NCBI RefSeq assembly: GCF_000315625.1
Contig: NW_005434584.1
Location: forward strand, 82,177 to 146,176
Direction of reading: 5' to 3'
From: Guillardia theta CCMP2712
Lineage: Eukaryota; Protista; Cryptophyta
DNA: 64,000 nt
A program made the position numbers and the translations under genes. Below are positions 43,141 through 55,741 of this stretch, in pieces. Numbering within the stretch: the first letter of the stretch is position 1; each line of letters starts with the position of its first letter. The notes below the pieces were generated by a model. It was given only the letters and a program-made list of their open reading frames with translations. It was not told where the DNA came from and ran no database searches.

Positions 43141-44415
43141 CCCTCCTCCTCTCCTCTCCTCTCCTCTCCTCTCCCTCTTCTCCTCTCCCTCCTCCCCATT
43201 CAAATCCGTCTCCCCGTTCCCGCCATGATTCAAAAGGACACGTGTATTTATTACCAGGATGACCAATATTAAACAAGTCCGCCTCAGAACATTTCAACCG
43301 GAATACTGAGGACAGAGAGAGTCCTCCTACCCTGTCCAGGAGCCCTTTATACAGCCCGCCTCATTTTCTGTACAAGAAAAATTACGGGACAGCAATTAAA
43401 TATTATGGAAATTTGTTCAGATCATTAGTTGTCCACAGCAGTTCCGAGGGGGACTTGAAATCACCCACCCCCACCTTTGCCTTTAGACAAAGGGGTAGGG
43501 TAGTTGGGAGCGAGGGACAACTCAGAGATGAGACGATGTAAATTGAAATGGAGTGAAGAAGAGTAGAAGTAGAAGAAGTAGAAGTAGAAAGGAAGAAGAA
43601 GAAGAAGAAGAAGATGTTGATGAATACAAAGATGCTAAAGAATGTTGTGATGATGAGCTTGACTGACGTTATGAAGGGGAGGAAGTTCGAGGATTATTTT
43701 GAATTCTACTTTGATTGAGGATTAGGATTAGGATGACAAATATAAAATTGTGAGAAAATAATTGAAGAAGGAAATGCAGATGAATAATTTGACGATGCAA
43801 GATATAGGGATCAGGAGCAGGAACAGGAACAGGATCAGCATATGGACAGACGAAGCTTCGGGAGGAACAAAAGAAAGACAAAGATGGGGATAGGAAGAAA
43901 AATTGACAAGACAACGATAGAGAAATGAGAAATAAGATATGTTCAATGATTTGATGATGATAAAAGAAATGAGAAAGTGAAGGACATTGAGAGACGCAAC
44001 AAGAGGGTTGAGCAGGGCACAACGAAAAGTTCAGTAGGATACAGGGAAGCTACATGGAGGGGGATAGAGGTATCAGAGAAGAGTTTAGCCTGAGATAAAG
44101 AATAGAATGGAATAGAAAGACAATTCAAGTTAATTTCAGGGTGTGTTGCACTTGATCCTATGATCTCAAGAGGCCTGCATGGTCATAATTTTCTGATGTT
44201 GCTGTCTTCTTCCTTTGCTTCAGCCCTTCTCTCTTCCCCCCCCCTCGCTCGCTCTGTGCTCGAGTATCGTGTGTTCCCTCTGAATCCTGTCTTTATTCTC
44301 TCACGTTGCAATTGATTTGGCAGGTCAGCCCTGATGGGGCTACCAGTCAACATTGGCATGAGTTGCATGTAAGCTCCGGTCAAGACACGCAAGAAGGTCA
44401 TTGTTGTTGGCAAAC

Positions 44416-47400
44416 ATGATACCAGAAGTCGAGCTCCTAGCCGAGCAGTTGTATGGAAATTCATCGAGCAATGAGCAGGTAGGACTCTTCTCTAGAATTT
44501 AGTAGGCATTCAGCAGTATGAGTCTCAATGTGGTGAGGGTGACTGATGTTGGGTTCATCAGCGAGCCGATGCGGAGAGGAAGTTAAGTGTGCTGAGCTCA
44601 AACCCCGAGATGCTGGACCAGGGTGATCTCTCCCAGCTGTACCCTTGCTCGATCTCACTTCTCCACAGCTCGCATGATCCTTGAGACCTCACAGCAGCCT
44701 TATGCACAGGTATTTCCTTTGTTCTCACCTAATCTCCTCACGTCTGATGGCAGCACTTTGCGGCCACATCCATGTCAAAATTGCTCACGATACATTGGGG
44801 GAGATTTTCATCGCAGCAGAAGACAGACATTCGGAGCTACGTGATATCAGGCCTTAGTTTGAACCGTCTGCTCCCCTCACCTCAAGTTGCAGGTATTCTC
44901 CTTCCTAGCGAACAAGGGGCCTTCACTGCAGGGCTTCGTTGTGGCAGCTCTGGTCAACCTGCTGGCTCGGATCACAAAGTTGGGATGGTTTCAGAATCCT
45001 GGACATGACGTGACGGAGGAAGTCTCCCAGTATGCTTGCTGTGCGTGAGTCTAGCTCTTGACAACCCCCGCAGGTTCCTGTCAGCCTCCGTGGATCACTG
45101 CATAATCGGCCTCGAGGTGTGAAAGATTTGAATGTGCTTCATCGGCGTGTTTCTGATGAACGAAATGCATCAGATTCTGAACGAGCTGACGTTGGAGATG
45201 AATGCGAACAAGACGAATCTCCCTCTCGCCGTCCATCGCAAGAAGTCGATATCCTACAGAGACAAGAGTTTGCTTCAAGTCCTTCAGATTGCCCTGCAGA
45301 CTCTCAGCAGGCTGTTGTCAGGCTCGACCGGTCAGATCACCCCCGAACAAGATTCAAAGTTGAGGGAGCAAAGCCTCAAACTCAGTCTGGCGTGTCTCTC
45401 CTACGACTTCTTTGGTACCTCAAGTGACGACTCCACTGAGGACATTGGGAGTGTCCAAGTCCCGACTCACTGGCGATCCTTGATAGAGGATGACAACACC
45501 TTGGCAACTCTCTTGCAAGCATACAGCACAAGTGCCGCGCCGCATTCAGCCATGGCCATGGAGTGCCTTTCCCAGCTCTCCTCGGTGAGGAGATCACTCT
45601 TCCCAAACCAAGAGACTCGCCACAACTTCCTCCAAAGAGTTCTGACGGCGATCATCACGATCTTGAGAGAGCAGCAGAGGTTGGGGGAAGAAGAAAACTT
45701 CCACGAGTTCTGCAGGCTCTTGTCTAGGCTGAAGAGCAACTTCCAGCTTGCTGAACTCATCAAGTGTGAGATCTACTCGGAGCTGATCGCTGCCGTTGCT
45801 CAGTTCACGATTCAAAGTATTCGCAACTGCCCTTACGCGTCAAACAGCGTCTACTACCTGCTCCAGTTGTGGTCCCGAATGGTCACCTCGGTGGCTTACT
45901 TGAAGGGTGAAGGGGAGTCTCACCTTGACAGGTACGTGCCGGAGATCACACAGACGTACATCTTGTCGAAGCTTCAGTCCGCCAGAGCTTCCTTGCAGTC
46001 GAATCCCAACGAAGACCCCATGGAGAACGAGGAGCTGCTGGTGGACCAGCTGGACTCTGCCTCGCCGCTCTGTCGCTACCAGTACGAGCGGGCAGCCGAG
46101 TTCCTCATCAGCCTCTTCGATCCTCTCGTCAACAAGCTGCAGGCCCTTGCCGGTCAAAGTCAAGTCTCCGGCATGGCCAACGCGGAGGTTCAAATGGTGG
46201 AAGGCGAGCTGTCGTGGCTCGTGTACTTCGTGGGTGCGGTGGTGGGAGCTCGAGGGACGAGCCGTTCCTCGGACGAGCAGGAGCTGCTGGACGGCGACCT
46301 TTGTGCAAGAGTGTTCAAGACGATCCAATGGATTGAGATGCGACAGCCCATGCAAGCGGGTGGCTCCTCCTCTACCTTAGAACGTCTGGAGCTCTCCCTC
46401 CTCTACTTCTTCCAGTACTTCCGCAAGGCCTACATCGGAGAGCAGGCCAACCTGGCCTCGACCAACTTGTACCTGCGGCTCAACGAGCTTGTGGGGCTCT
46501 CGGACAGTGTGATGGTGATGAACGTCATCGTCAATAAGACGATGCAGAACCTCAAGATGTGGAGCAATCATGAAGAGATAGTCGACAAGTCGCTCGTGCT
46601 CTTCCACGAGCTCGCCTCGGGCTACAACTCCAGCAAGACCTTGGCTAAACTCGACGTGATCACCTTTGCGCTCCGCAACCACGGGCCCGCCCAGTTCCCC
46701 TTCCTCACAAAGTCTGGGAACCCAAGGCACAGGACGCAGTTCTACGTCACTCTGACGCGGATCCTCTTGATGGAAGACACATGTCTCATGGACTTCGAAC
46801 AGTTCATGGCGCCTTTCGTCCCCATCCTGCAGCATCTGCAGGTCAAATTTGACTTTGTTTTTGCTCCCTTTGTTGTTCTCTCGTCCCTGATCCCGTGCTC
46901 TCTCTCTCTTTGCAGGCCTTCTTCAGCCATGTCTCCAGCACAGGTCCAGGAGCTGCCCGGGAGGAAGCAAAGAGTCTGCTGATCGGAGTGCTGCGGGACT
47001 TGCGGGGAATCTGCTTCGGGACGTCAAACAGGAGGACGTACGTTGCCTTCTTCGACTGGATCTACCCGGACTACCTGCCGATGCTGATCAACTCGGTGGA
47101 GCTCTGGTGGAACGACAGCGCTGTGACGACCCCCCTGCTGAAGTTTGTGAGCGAACTTGTACATAACAAATGTCAACGGATCGCCTTCGAGTGCTCGAGC
47201 CCCAACGGGATCCTCTTGTTCCGAGAAGCCAGCAACGTCCTGTTCGCCTACGGCCAGAGGATCCTCAACGGAGTTCCCCCGACCTACAAGGATAAGTACA
47301 AGGGAATCTCCATCTGCCTGATGATCTTGAATCGCCTGCTCTCGGGTGGTTATGTAAATTTCGGAGTCTTCCAGCTCTACGGAGATTCAGCTCTCAACAA

Positions 47401-47537
47401 CGCCCTTAACATCGTCCTCCAGCTGTCGCTCAGCATCCCCATGCAGGACCTGATGGCTTACTCCAAGGTACCTCCTCCTCCTCCTCCTCCTCCTCCTCCT
47501 CCTCCCATTCCTCCCATTCCTCCTCTTCGTACTTTTC

Positions 47538-47570
<33 letters not shown>

Positions 47571-47830
47571 TTCCTGATGCCTCCACTAGGTCATGCGCGG
47601 CTACTTCCCCTTACAGGAGATCCTGTGCCACAATCACACGACGTACCTCTGCCTCCTCGAGACGCCCGTAGGTCCCGCGACCTGCCCGATGAGTTTGTGA
47701 GGCCTTGCAGGTCTTCTTGCAGATCATGTCAAACATCCAGTATGGGCTCAAGTGGGTAACTCCCCCCCACGACATGAGCGTCTCCTCTGACTGCGCCGCT
47801 GCTCTCTATCACATCGCCGAGTTCCGGTCC
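44416..47830 (+). CDS. XPO7: Exportin-7 / RanBP16-17, multi-exon, 3' end lost in the gap
   Basis: MIPEVELLAEQLY...RADAERKL...ILETSQQPYAQ...LLARITKLGWF; HRK..ISYRD; CLSYDFFGTSSDDSTED..SVQVPT.W; NFHEFCRLLSRLKSNFQL; SVYYLLQLW; NKCQRIAF..SSPNGILLFRE; GGYVNFGVFQLYGD. Confidence 0.93.
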
Positions 47831-47884
47831 CCTCCCACTGCCCCCTGCTACCTCCTCCTCGCCCTTCCCTCCCCTCCTCCTCAC

Positions 47885-47984
47885 NNNNNNNNNNNNNNNN
47901 NNNNNNNNNNNNNNNNNNNNNNNNNNNNNNNNNNNNNNNNNNNNNNNNNNNNNNNNNNNNNNNNNNNNNNNNNNNNNNNNNNNN
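47885..47984. other. Assembly gap (100 N) between convergent XPO7 and phosphatase genes
   Basis: Run of N; both flanking genes are truncated at it. Confidence 1.
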
Positions 47985-49476
47985 TCTCCGACGGCTCTCC
48001 ATTCTGCTTCAGCACCCACAAGAAGTCCGCGAGCTGCCCGTGCGTATCCCCGAGGATCACCAGCTTACCGTCCTCACTGCATCTCCCAGGTCAGCTGGAC
48101 CCACAGGTGCGGATGCCAAGGTACCAGGAGGGGACGGTCCATGTCGAAGACGCTGTCCTTCAAGACCTTGTTGAAGAGCTCGATGCTGCGGATGATGAGA
48201 AGAAGAGAGGAGGAGGGAGAGGAGAAGGGAGAAGGAGGGGAGGAAGGGAGGAGGTGCATGAGGTTATAGGAGAGGGGGAGAGCGAGGACGGGCAAGAGGA
48301 GGGGCAGGAGAAAAAGGAGAAGGAGCACCCGTCCTCACTCCTCGACCACCTCCTCTAGAGGAGGAGTGAAGAGAAGGAGGAGGAGGAAGAAGAAGAAAGA
48401 AGAAGGAGGAGGCAGAGGAGGAGTCACCTTGATCCGATGAGCTGCATCACGAACTTGGGGTGGATGGGTTCGTGGGGCCTGGTACGGATGTGGTTGAGGA
48501 CCTCGCGCACATTCTTCTCGGTCACAGGAAACTCGATCCTCGGCCCCTTGTACGTCTCCTGCACCTCCACCTCCTGCCCCCACGTGTGCGGGTCGATGGA
48601 GACTCCAGCTGAGATCGACATGGCTACCGCCGAGTGGCTCTGGTTGGGAGTGTTTGCGGGGTGGTATGCCTTGAGCATCTGCTCGACCCTGCTGATCGTG
48701 GCCGTCTGATTCAGGTACTCGCTCTCGTCCTGCATTTCCATCTGGTTCCACGTGAAGAAGGTCCTCTTGAAGTCCGCCCCCTGCCTGTCCTTCCTGCCCC
48801 TCAGGAAGCTCTGGATCTGAAACGCTGCTGCCTGCCATGAGTTCACCGGGTGCACGCCATGCCGCTGGACGTAGATGCCATGGTTCATCGGGCACGTGAA
48901 GTATCGCTGGCCGTTCGCCTCCCCGTCATGCGTTCCCGTTGGCTTCTCAAGCTCTATCCCGACCCACTCCCCTGCCAGGAGGCGTCAGCCTGAACTCCTG
49001 CTCGTGCTCCTCCTGCTCCTGCTCCTGCTCCTTCCTGCTCCTCCTTCTATTCCATCCCATCCTCTTCCTCATCCTTCCATTCCATCCACTCCTCCTCTCC
49101 CCCTCCCCTCCTCTCTTCCCCTCCTCACCTCACTTCCTCCCCTCCCCTCCCCTCTCTCCCCTCCTCTCCTCTATCAACTTTCCCTCTCTCCTCGTATACC
49201 TGGCCCGAATGCTGTTGGGCCACAGAACCGAACGAAGCCCTTCCGCTTTCCCAGCACAACCACCCGCTGAACATGAGCATCACGTGAACAGAAAGAGGAG
49301 GAGCAGGAGAAACGGGGAGAGAGGGAAGAGGAGGGAGGGAGAGGGAGAGGGAGAGCAGCGTAGGAAGAGGAGGAGTTGAGGAGACGAAGGAGGAGAAGCT
49401 GGTGGTGATGGGGAGGAAATTGGATGACCTGCCCAATCTGTAGGGGAGGGAATTGATCCTTTTCTTTCTCAGGCAT
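47985..49476 (-). CDS. CAP-Gly + IQ + PPP-family Ser/Thr phosphatase (RdgC/PPEF-like), 5' part only
   Basis: Exons: MPEKEKDQFPPLQIGQ | RVVVLGKRKGFVRFCGPTAFGP | GEWVGIELEKPTGTHDGEANGQRYFTCPMNHGIYVQR (CAP-Gly)...AAFQIQSFLRG (IQ)...FFTWNQMEMQDE...YKGPRIEFP...IHPKFVMQL | ... | VILGDTHGQLADFLWVLKQNGEPSE (GDxHG). Confidence 0.85.
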
Positions 49477-49561
49477 AGCACCTGCCAAACAGCCAACAAG
49501 TCACAAGGCACAACCAGTGACTTTCTCATGACTGTTGTCTTCCCTTCATGTCTGTCTCCCT

Positions 49562-49881
<320 letters not shown>

Positions 49882-50016
49882 TCTTGCTCTCCCTTGTGAC
49901 TGCCTCTCCGTCGCATGACGGTGGTCGGTTTTGATTACTCAATCGCTTTACCGAGTCTGCCTCAGATATCAGTGATAATAATGAACCCGTGATGAGTCAC
50001 TACCAGCCTAAAATCT

Positions 50017-50031
50017 TTTACTCAAAGTTAA
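50017..50031 (-). promoter_or_regulatory. Recurrent upstream 15-mer, copy 3
   Basis: About 540 bp upstream of the CAP-Gly phosphatase ATG, beside a GGGCCC-rich island. Confidence 0.5.
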
Positions 50032-50356
50032 GTTAAATGTCCACTACTTGTACAGTAATCAGTGCACAGCCTGGCCGGGCCCCGGCGGGCCCCGGCGGGC
50101 CCACTCGAGTCACCGGGCCCGGAGGCTGGGCCACTCACTGCCAGGGCCGCAGTACCAGTGCCAAGGGCCGCCTGCGGGAGGAACTTGTTGTGAGAAGTCT
50201 CGGCACTGATGACTGAGAGAGACTCGAAGATTTCTTTCATGTCTTCAGTTTGTGTATTCACATGCTTGTAGAAGTCGCTAAACTTTCATCTTAACGGCGT
50301 ATGTTACATCATCCTCAGGCTCCTCCTCCTCCTCCTCCTCCTCCTCCTCCTCTCCT

Positions 50357-53356
50357 TCAGACTCCGAGACCCAGGAACAGCGAGCGATCACTCCCCGTCG
50401 CCACTTCCAGTGTGTCCTCCTCCCTCCTCTCCTCCTCTCGCTCCTCCTGCTCCCCCTCCTCGCCTCTCAACCGCCTCGCGCCCATGGCTCGCAGGCGCTT
50501 CCTGTGGGCCTCACGCGCGAGCGTCTTGCTGCTGCCGAGCGACTCGACGCGAGCGGCTCGACGCACGATGTTGATCATAGCCTGAGGAGGGGGAGAGTGA
50601 GTGAGGAGGGAGGAGGAGAGGGAGGCAGAGAAGATACAGGAAGAGAGGAGAGGAANNNNNNNNNNNNNNNNNNNNNNNNNNNNNNNNNNNNNNNNNNNNN
50701 NNNNNNNNNNNNNNNNNNNNNNNNNNNNNNNNNNNNNNNNNNNNNNNNNNNNNNNGAGGAGTGAGTGGAGTGAGAGGAGGAGGAGGAGAAAGGAGGAGGG
50801 AGCACCTTGAGCTTGCTGTAGGCTGTCACGATCATGGCGATGGAGGCCCCGTCAAAGTTCCAGGGCTCGAGCTGGAGGCTAGCTTGGGACAGATGATCAA
50901 GAACCTTCATGTCCGCATATCCCGCCTGCCTCCCTGGTCACATCGAAGTCTTCCCTCCTTCTCCTCCTTCTCCTCCTCCTCCTGCCAACCGCCTCCCTTC
51001 CCCATCTCCTTTCCCCCCCTTCTGCCTCTCCCTGACCCCCCGCCCCCTCCCTCCTCTTCTCTTTCCTCCTCCTCACCTCGGCCATGGCCATGGCGATCAC
51101 GCCGATGTGCTGACCCTGCAGCGAGGAGGCGTTCATCTCCAGCACCGCCATCCCCATCCTCTCCAGCAGCTTCATGTCCTTGCGGTTTGCCCGCGTCATG
51201 GCCCCCACGATCTGCACCACGTGCTGAGGCTTCAGCGATCTCAGCTCGATAGTCTGCGCGATGTCCGAGAGCCGGCGGAGGAGGGCGGATTCGAAGACTG
51301 CAGCAGTCATGAGAGAGAGGAGAGGAGAGGAGAGGAGAGGAGAGGAGAGGAGAGGAGAGGAGAGGAGAGGAGAGGAGAGGAGAGGAGAAGAGAGGAGGGG
51401 AGAGGAGGGAAGAGGAGGGGAGGGGAGGGAAGAACGAAGGGAGGAGGCTGCTTACCGTTGGCTGTGCTCAGAGCTTGCAAGACGCAGCCCACGGAGGAGG
51501 CGGAGAAGGAGGAGGTAGGGAGCTGGAGAACAGTCGCGCACAGTCTGCGGAAAGCGATCTCGTCCTGCATGCCGCTAGCTGCGAGCACCCGCATCATCCT
51601 TGCGACGCCGTCGGCTGACGAGAAGTTGAGGGGCATCTGCTGGATGATGGACGAGAAGAACCGCAGCAGCTGAGGCTCCCGCAGCCCGACCGCGTGAAAC
51701 CCGTCAAGGATCGCGCCCATCCCCTCAAGCGTGAACTTCTCCTTCCCGATCAGCTGGCACGCCGAGCTCACCTGCTTGTACAGCAGCGCATCGCTCTGCC
51801 CCGTTCGCCCGTACGCACGCACGAGCGTCAGCACATCCTCCGCCGTCAGCTCCCGCGCCTGAGGCCCCAGCTCGCTGCCCATCTGCATGACTCGGTTGGC
51901 GCTGAGGAGCACGAGGGTGTCCCATCCCGCTCGTCCCTCCAGCGCCTGCAGCACCAGCGCCATCCTGTTGAGGCTCAGCTGGCTCATGCCGGCCTGGATG
52001 ACATCCGCGTACATCCCCACCAGGTCGTCCAGCTTCTTCCTCTGCCTCCCCTTCGCCTGCCCCTCCAGCTTGTGCAGGAGTCTCATGGCATCTGCCGCCG
52101 CCACAGCGCAGGAGCAGTTGTTGGAGCAGCGGGTGTGGGTAGGAGTGAGACGGGAGGGCAGGGACCTGGACAAGACGTCGAGCTCGTCGAGCAGGAGGCT
52201 CAGCTTGTTGCAACTCCTGAGGCCCGGGGGGAGCTGCAGGCAAGACCCTCCCTCCTCATCTCCTTCCTCCTCCCACCTCTCACTCTGCTCAGCTGGCGAG
52301 GCGCCTCCGGCGCTGCCTATCCGATGCTTCAGCTCGTCCATGGCTCCTCTCACCACCTCCGACGTCTCCGCGTTCACGTCCGACACGAACAGGTGGCTGC
52401 TCCTCCCGCTCCCCACCCGCAGCGGATGCGCTCTCCTGCTCTTCCACTCCCTGATCGCATCCGAGTCCGTCATCATGGCGAGCTGGTCCCCGAGAGGCTG
52501 CCCCTTGCTGGGCTTCTGCTGTTGCTCCACCAGCACGTAGATCTGCATGTTCGCCGCTGCCTCGCTCTCCTGCAGCATGTCCATCACCCAGAAACGGTTG
52601 GACTGCCTGAGCATGGCCCCGACTGACAGCTGCTGGAACCGCACTAGGGAGTGTAGGCTCTCCCCGTAGTACTGCTGCCACTTGTACCCGAACGTCAGCG
52701 AGTTCAGCCTCCCGCCGAACTCCCGCAGAAGCTCTGCGGACCTGCAGCTTGTCAGTTCTCCTGCTCCTGCTCCTCCTCCTCCTCCTCCTCCTCCTCCTCT
52801 ACCTCTCGTGGAACTCGTGGATGCTGTAGGCCAGGCTCCTGCTGGACACCTCGTCCTCCGCCTCCATGTCCTCCATGTCCCTCCTGCTCATCGCTTGTCG
52901 CCATGCCTTGGCTCTCAGTGCTGCAGCCTCTGCAGCCTCTCGCTGGCGCTGCATCCTCGTCTCCGGCTTCCCTGCCCTGCCCCACGGGTTCCTGACCTCA
53001 CCCTTCTGCGGCCCTGCCCGCATCGACACCCTTGCGAGGTTGAAGCTCTCGTCCAGGTCCAAGGGGGAGAGGAGGAGAGGAGGAGCAAGAGCAGGAGGAT
53101 GAGGTTGGCGGCGTGAGGAAGAGGAAAATGGGCGGAGGAACCACGACGAAGACGTGGGGAGGGTGGAGACGAAAGCAAGGCCGGGGGAAGGAGAGGAGGA
53201 GAGAGTAGAGGAAGAGAAAGAAGAGGAGGAGGGAGGAGAGGAGAAGAGAGGAGAGAGGAGAGGAGGAGAGGAGGAGAAAGAAGAGGAGGAAAGGATCGCA
53301 GGCATCGTCCCCTCCGCCATGACAAGCAGCACGACTGCAGTCATACGAGCCTGCAT
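50357..53356 (-). CDS. Alpha-helical repeat protein (OPR/HPR/FASTK-like), probably organelle-targeted RNA-binding; multi-exon
   Basis: Degenerate ~37-aa helical repeats: LTAEDVLTLVRAYGRTG.SD..LY, FTLEGMGAILDGFHAVG.RE..LL, FSSADGVARMMRVLAASG.QD..AF, LKPQHVVQIVGAMTRAN.KD..LL, FDGASIAMIVTAYSKL. Hydrophobic N-terminus followed by an S-rich AFV segment. Confidence 0.6.
50656..50755. other. Assembly gap (100 N) in a purine-rich intron
   Basis: Run of N. Confidence 1.
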
Positions 53357-53811
53357 TGTGGCGAGTGATGGAGAGTGCAACTGATGGGGTGGGGGTTGTA
53401 ATACCACAATGACTAGGTAGGGTGATCAGCACAACAATGGGACAGAAATCAAAAGAAGGGGTACTTTATGGAGTATTTTGATGGGTGAGAATCAGGGTCT
53501 TTTAGGAACATGGGGGTAGTCGAAGCTTTGGGGTACGTGAAGTGGGGTGAGGGTGGTAAAAGGAGTCAGGTCCAAATTAGTTAACCTTGGATATGAGGGA
53601 GATGAAAAGGCAGGAAAACGAACAAAGTAAATCCGGCGAAAATCATTAAGTGGCTGAAACGGCGAAGAGTCAGCCATGGTGGCTTGAAAGGCAGGTAGAG
53701 GGGAAGGAGAAGAAGAGGAAGAGGAAGAGGAAGAGAAGAAGGAGGAGGAGGAGACACGTGAAGCTGAGAGACGAAGAGGGGGAGGGAAGGACGAGAGAAC
53801 TTCAGTGAAGG

Positions 53812-55603
53812 ATGAAGTTGGTGGGCATCAGGTCGATTCTGGTTGTTATTCTTTCCGCTCTCATCGTACCATCGCGATGCTCTCGTGCCCCTCGACGCGA
53901 CTCCGAAGTCAGTCACATGGTGGGAGACCACCAAAACTCTCCGAGAGGACCAGCGCTGCATATGGTCTGGGGACAGCAGGACAAGCGGAGGAGGGTTGTA
54001 GGGAGCGTATCCAATCATGAGAGGAGGAGGGAGGGAGAAGGATACTCTAAGCTCCCTCAAGGTTTGGCCGAAGGTGAGTCAAGAGCATGCAAGCCAAGTC
54101 CTTGTGACTGCTTGCTGGTGGCAGGAGAGGGGAGGGGGCAGATGAAGGGACAGATGCTGTCCCCTATCGGGCAGGAGGAGCAAGGGGTGAACCCTAGAGG
54201 GCAGCCCTGTCCTAACTACGGGCTCAACGAGACTGAGTTCCTAGTCGTCGGTTTCACCGAGCACTACTGGAGGAAGACGGTCGAGATCCGCTCCCTTGAG
54301 GTCCCGCACCTCCTCCTCTTGCCCCCAGTGTGGCTGACTTCTCCTCCTTGCAGGGGAGGGTGCTGGGCATTGTGAAGCGCGGCTGCCCGGCATGGACCAA
54401 CTCGTTCGTGTGGAAGGTGCCGCAGGAGCACGCGTCCGGTTGCAGAGACCACGTGGACCCGAGCGTGTTCTCGTCCAAGTGTCAGATGCCTGAGACCGAA
54501 GTCCTCTACACTGATGAGGTGCCAACCTACACACTCCTCTTCTTCTTCTTCTGCTTCGTCTTTGTCTCCGTCTTCATCATCTTCATCTTGTTGTTCTTTT
54601 CCTCATTCATCATTATCATGGTTGTTTTCTTCAACTGATCGAACATACAATCATCCTTATTGTTATCATCATCATCATGGTCGTGTTATCCAGTTGATCG
54701 GACAATTGTTATACTCCTCCTCCTCATCATCATCATCATCATCATCATCACCACCACCACCACCACCACCACCGCTGCCACCACCGCTGCCACCACCACC
54801 ACACCAAAACGCTTCTCATGCTCTTCGTCTCCCAGTTCTCCGGGCTGCTCAACCCCGCGAGCGTGAAGATCATGGACTGCCATGACGATCAGATCTTCAC
54901 CCTGTACGAGGAGCATCGGGAGGTCATCGTGCACGACTACAAGATCCACTCCGACTTCGTACTCGTCTCCCTCCTCTCCTCGTGTCCTCTGACGAGCCTC
55001 AGGTCGTCCAAGACCTCAACGGTAACGTCATGGGCTACTGCAGGCAGGATCAGCTCCCGCACGCCAAGGCCGAACGGTCCCTCGTCCGCGTCGGACAGCA
55101 CAACTTCACCATCGTTGACCTTGAGGGGGAGGCGGTCGCAAGCGTGAGTGAACCCTTGACTGGATTGACGAGGAGGACGATGGGGAGGAGGGTATTGTGT
55201 AAGGGAGTAGAAGAAGAAGAAGATGATGATGATGATGATGATGATGGAAATCATGATGATGATAAAGATGTTGATGACGTTCCTGCAGGCCATTCGTCCT
55301 CTTCACTGGCCCAACGGGGCCACGGAGCATGCCTGGCATGTCACCATCCATCGCGAGTCGATCCCCCTGACTCTGAGCGACGTTCGGATCGTCGCAGTGG
55401 CGGTCGTGAACAACGTCCTGCTGCACGAGGAGGACGACTGGTTGCGTCTCTCCCTCCTCCTCCTTGCTCGACCTGATGGGGCTGGCAGGTGCTCGGACAT
55501 CGTCTTTGCGCTCACTCCCATCCTCCTCACCCTCACCGCCATCGCCATCATCGCCGCTCTCTCCACCTGCTACTCGTGGGCGATGGTCTCGGGTAGAGGG
55601 TAA
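53812..55603 (+). CDS. Multi-exon secreted protein with C-terminal TM; possible scramblase/LURP-one-like beta-barrel
   Basis: Signal MKLVGIRSILVVILSALIV. Spliced exons TVEIRSLE|GRVLGIVKR, VKIMDCHDDQIFTL, VVQDLNGNVMGY, NFTIVDLEGEAVAS, WHVTI...DVRIVAVAVV. TM IVFALTPILLTLTAIAIIAAL. The fold call is a guess. Confidence 0.55.
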
Positions 55604-55741
55604 GAACTCCGTCAGTAACTCGTTCAGTTTGTCTCAAGTCACGCAAGTATTAAGATGTTCGCATAAAGTTACGTGCGAGCCACTCGCTCGAGCCACTGAT
55701 CCTCCTCCCCGCTCCCTCCCTCCCTCCCTCCCTCTCCCTTC

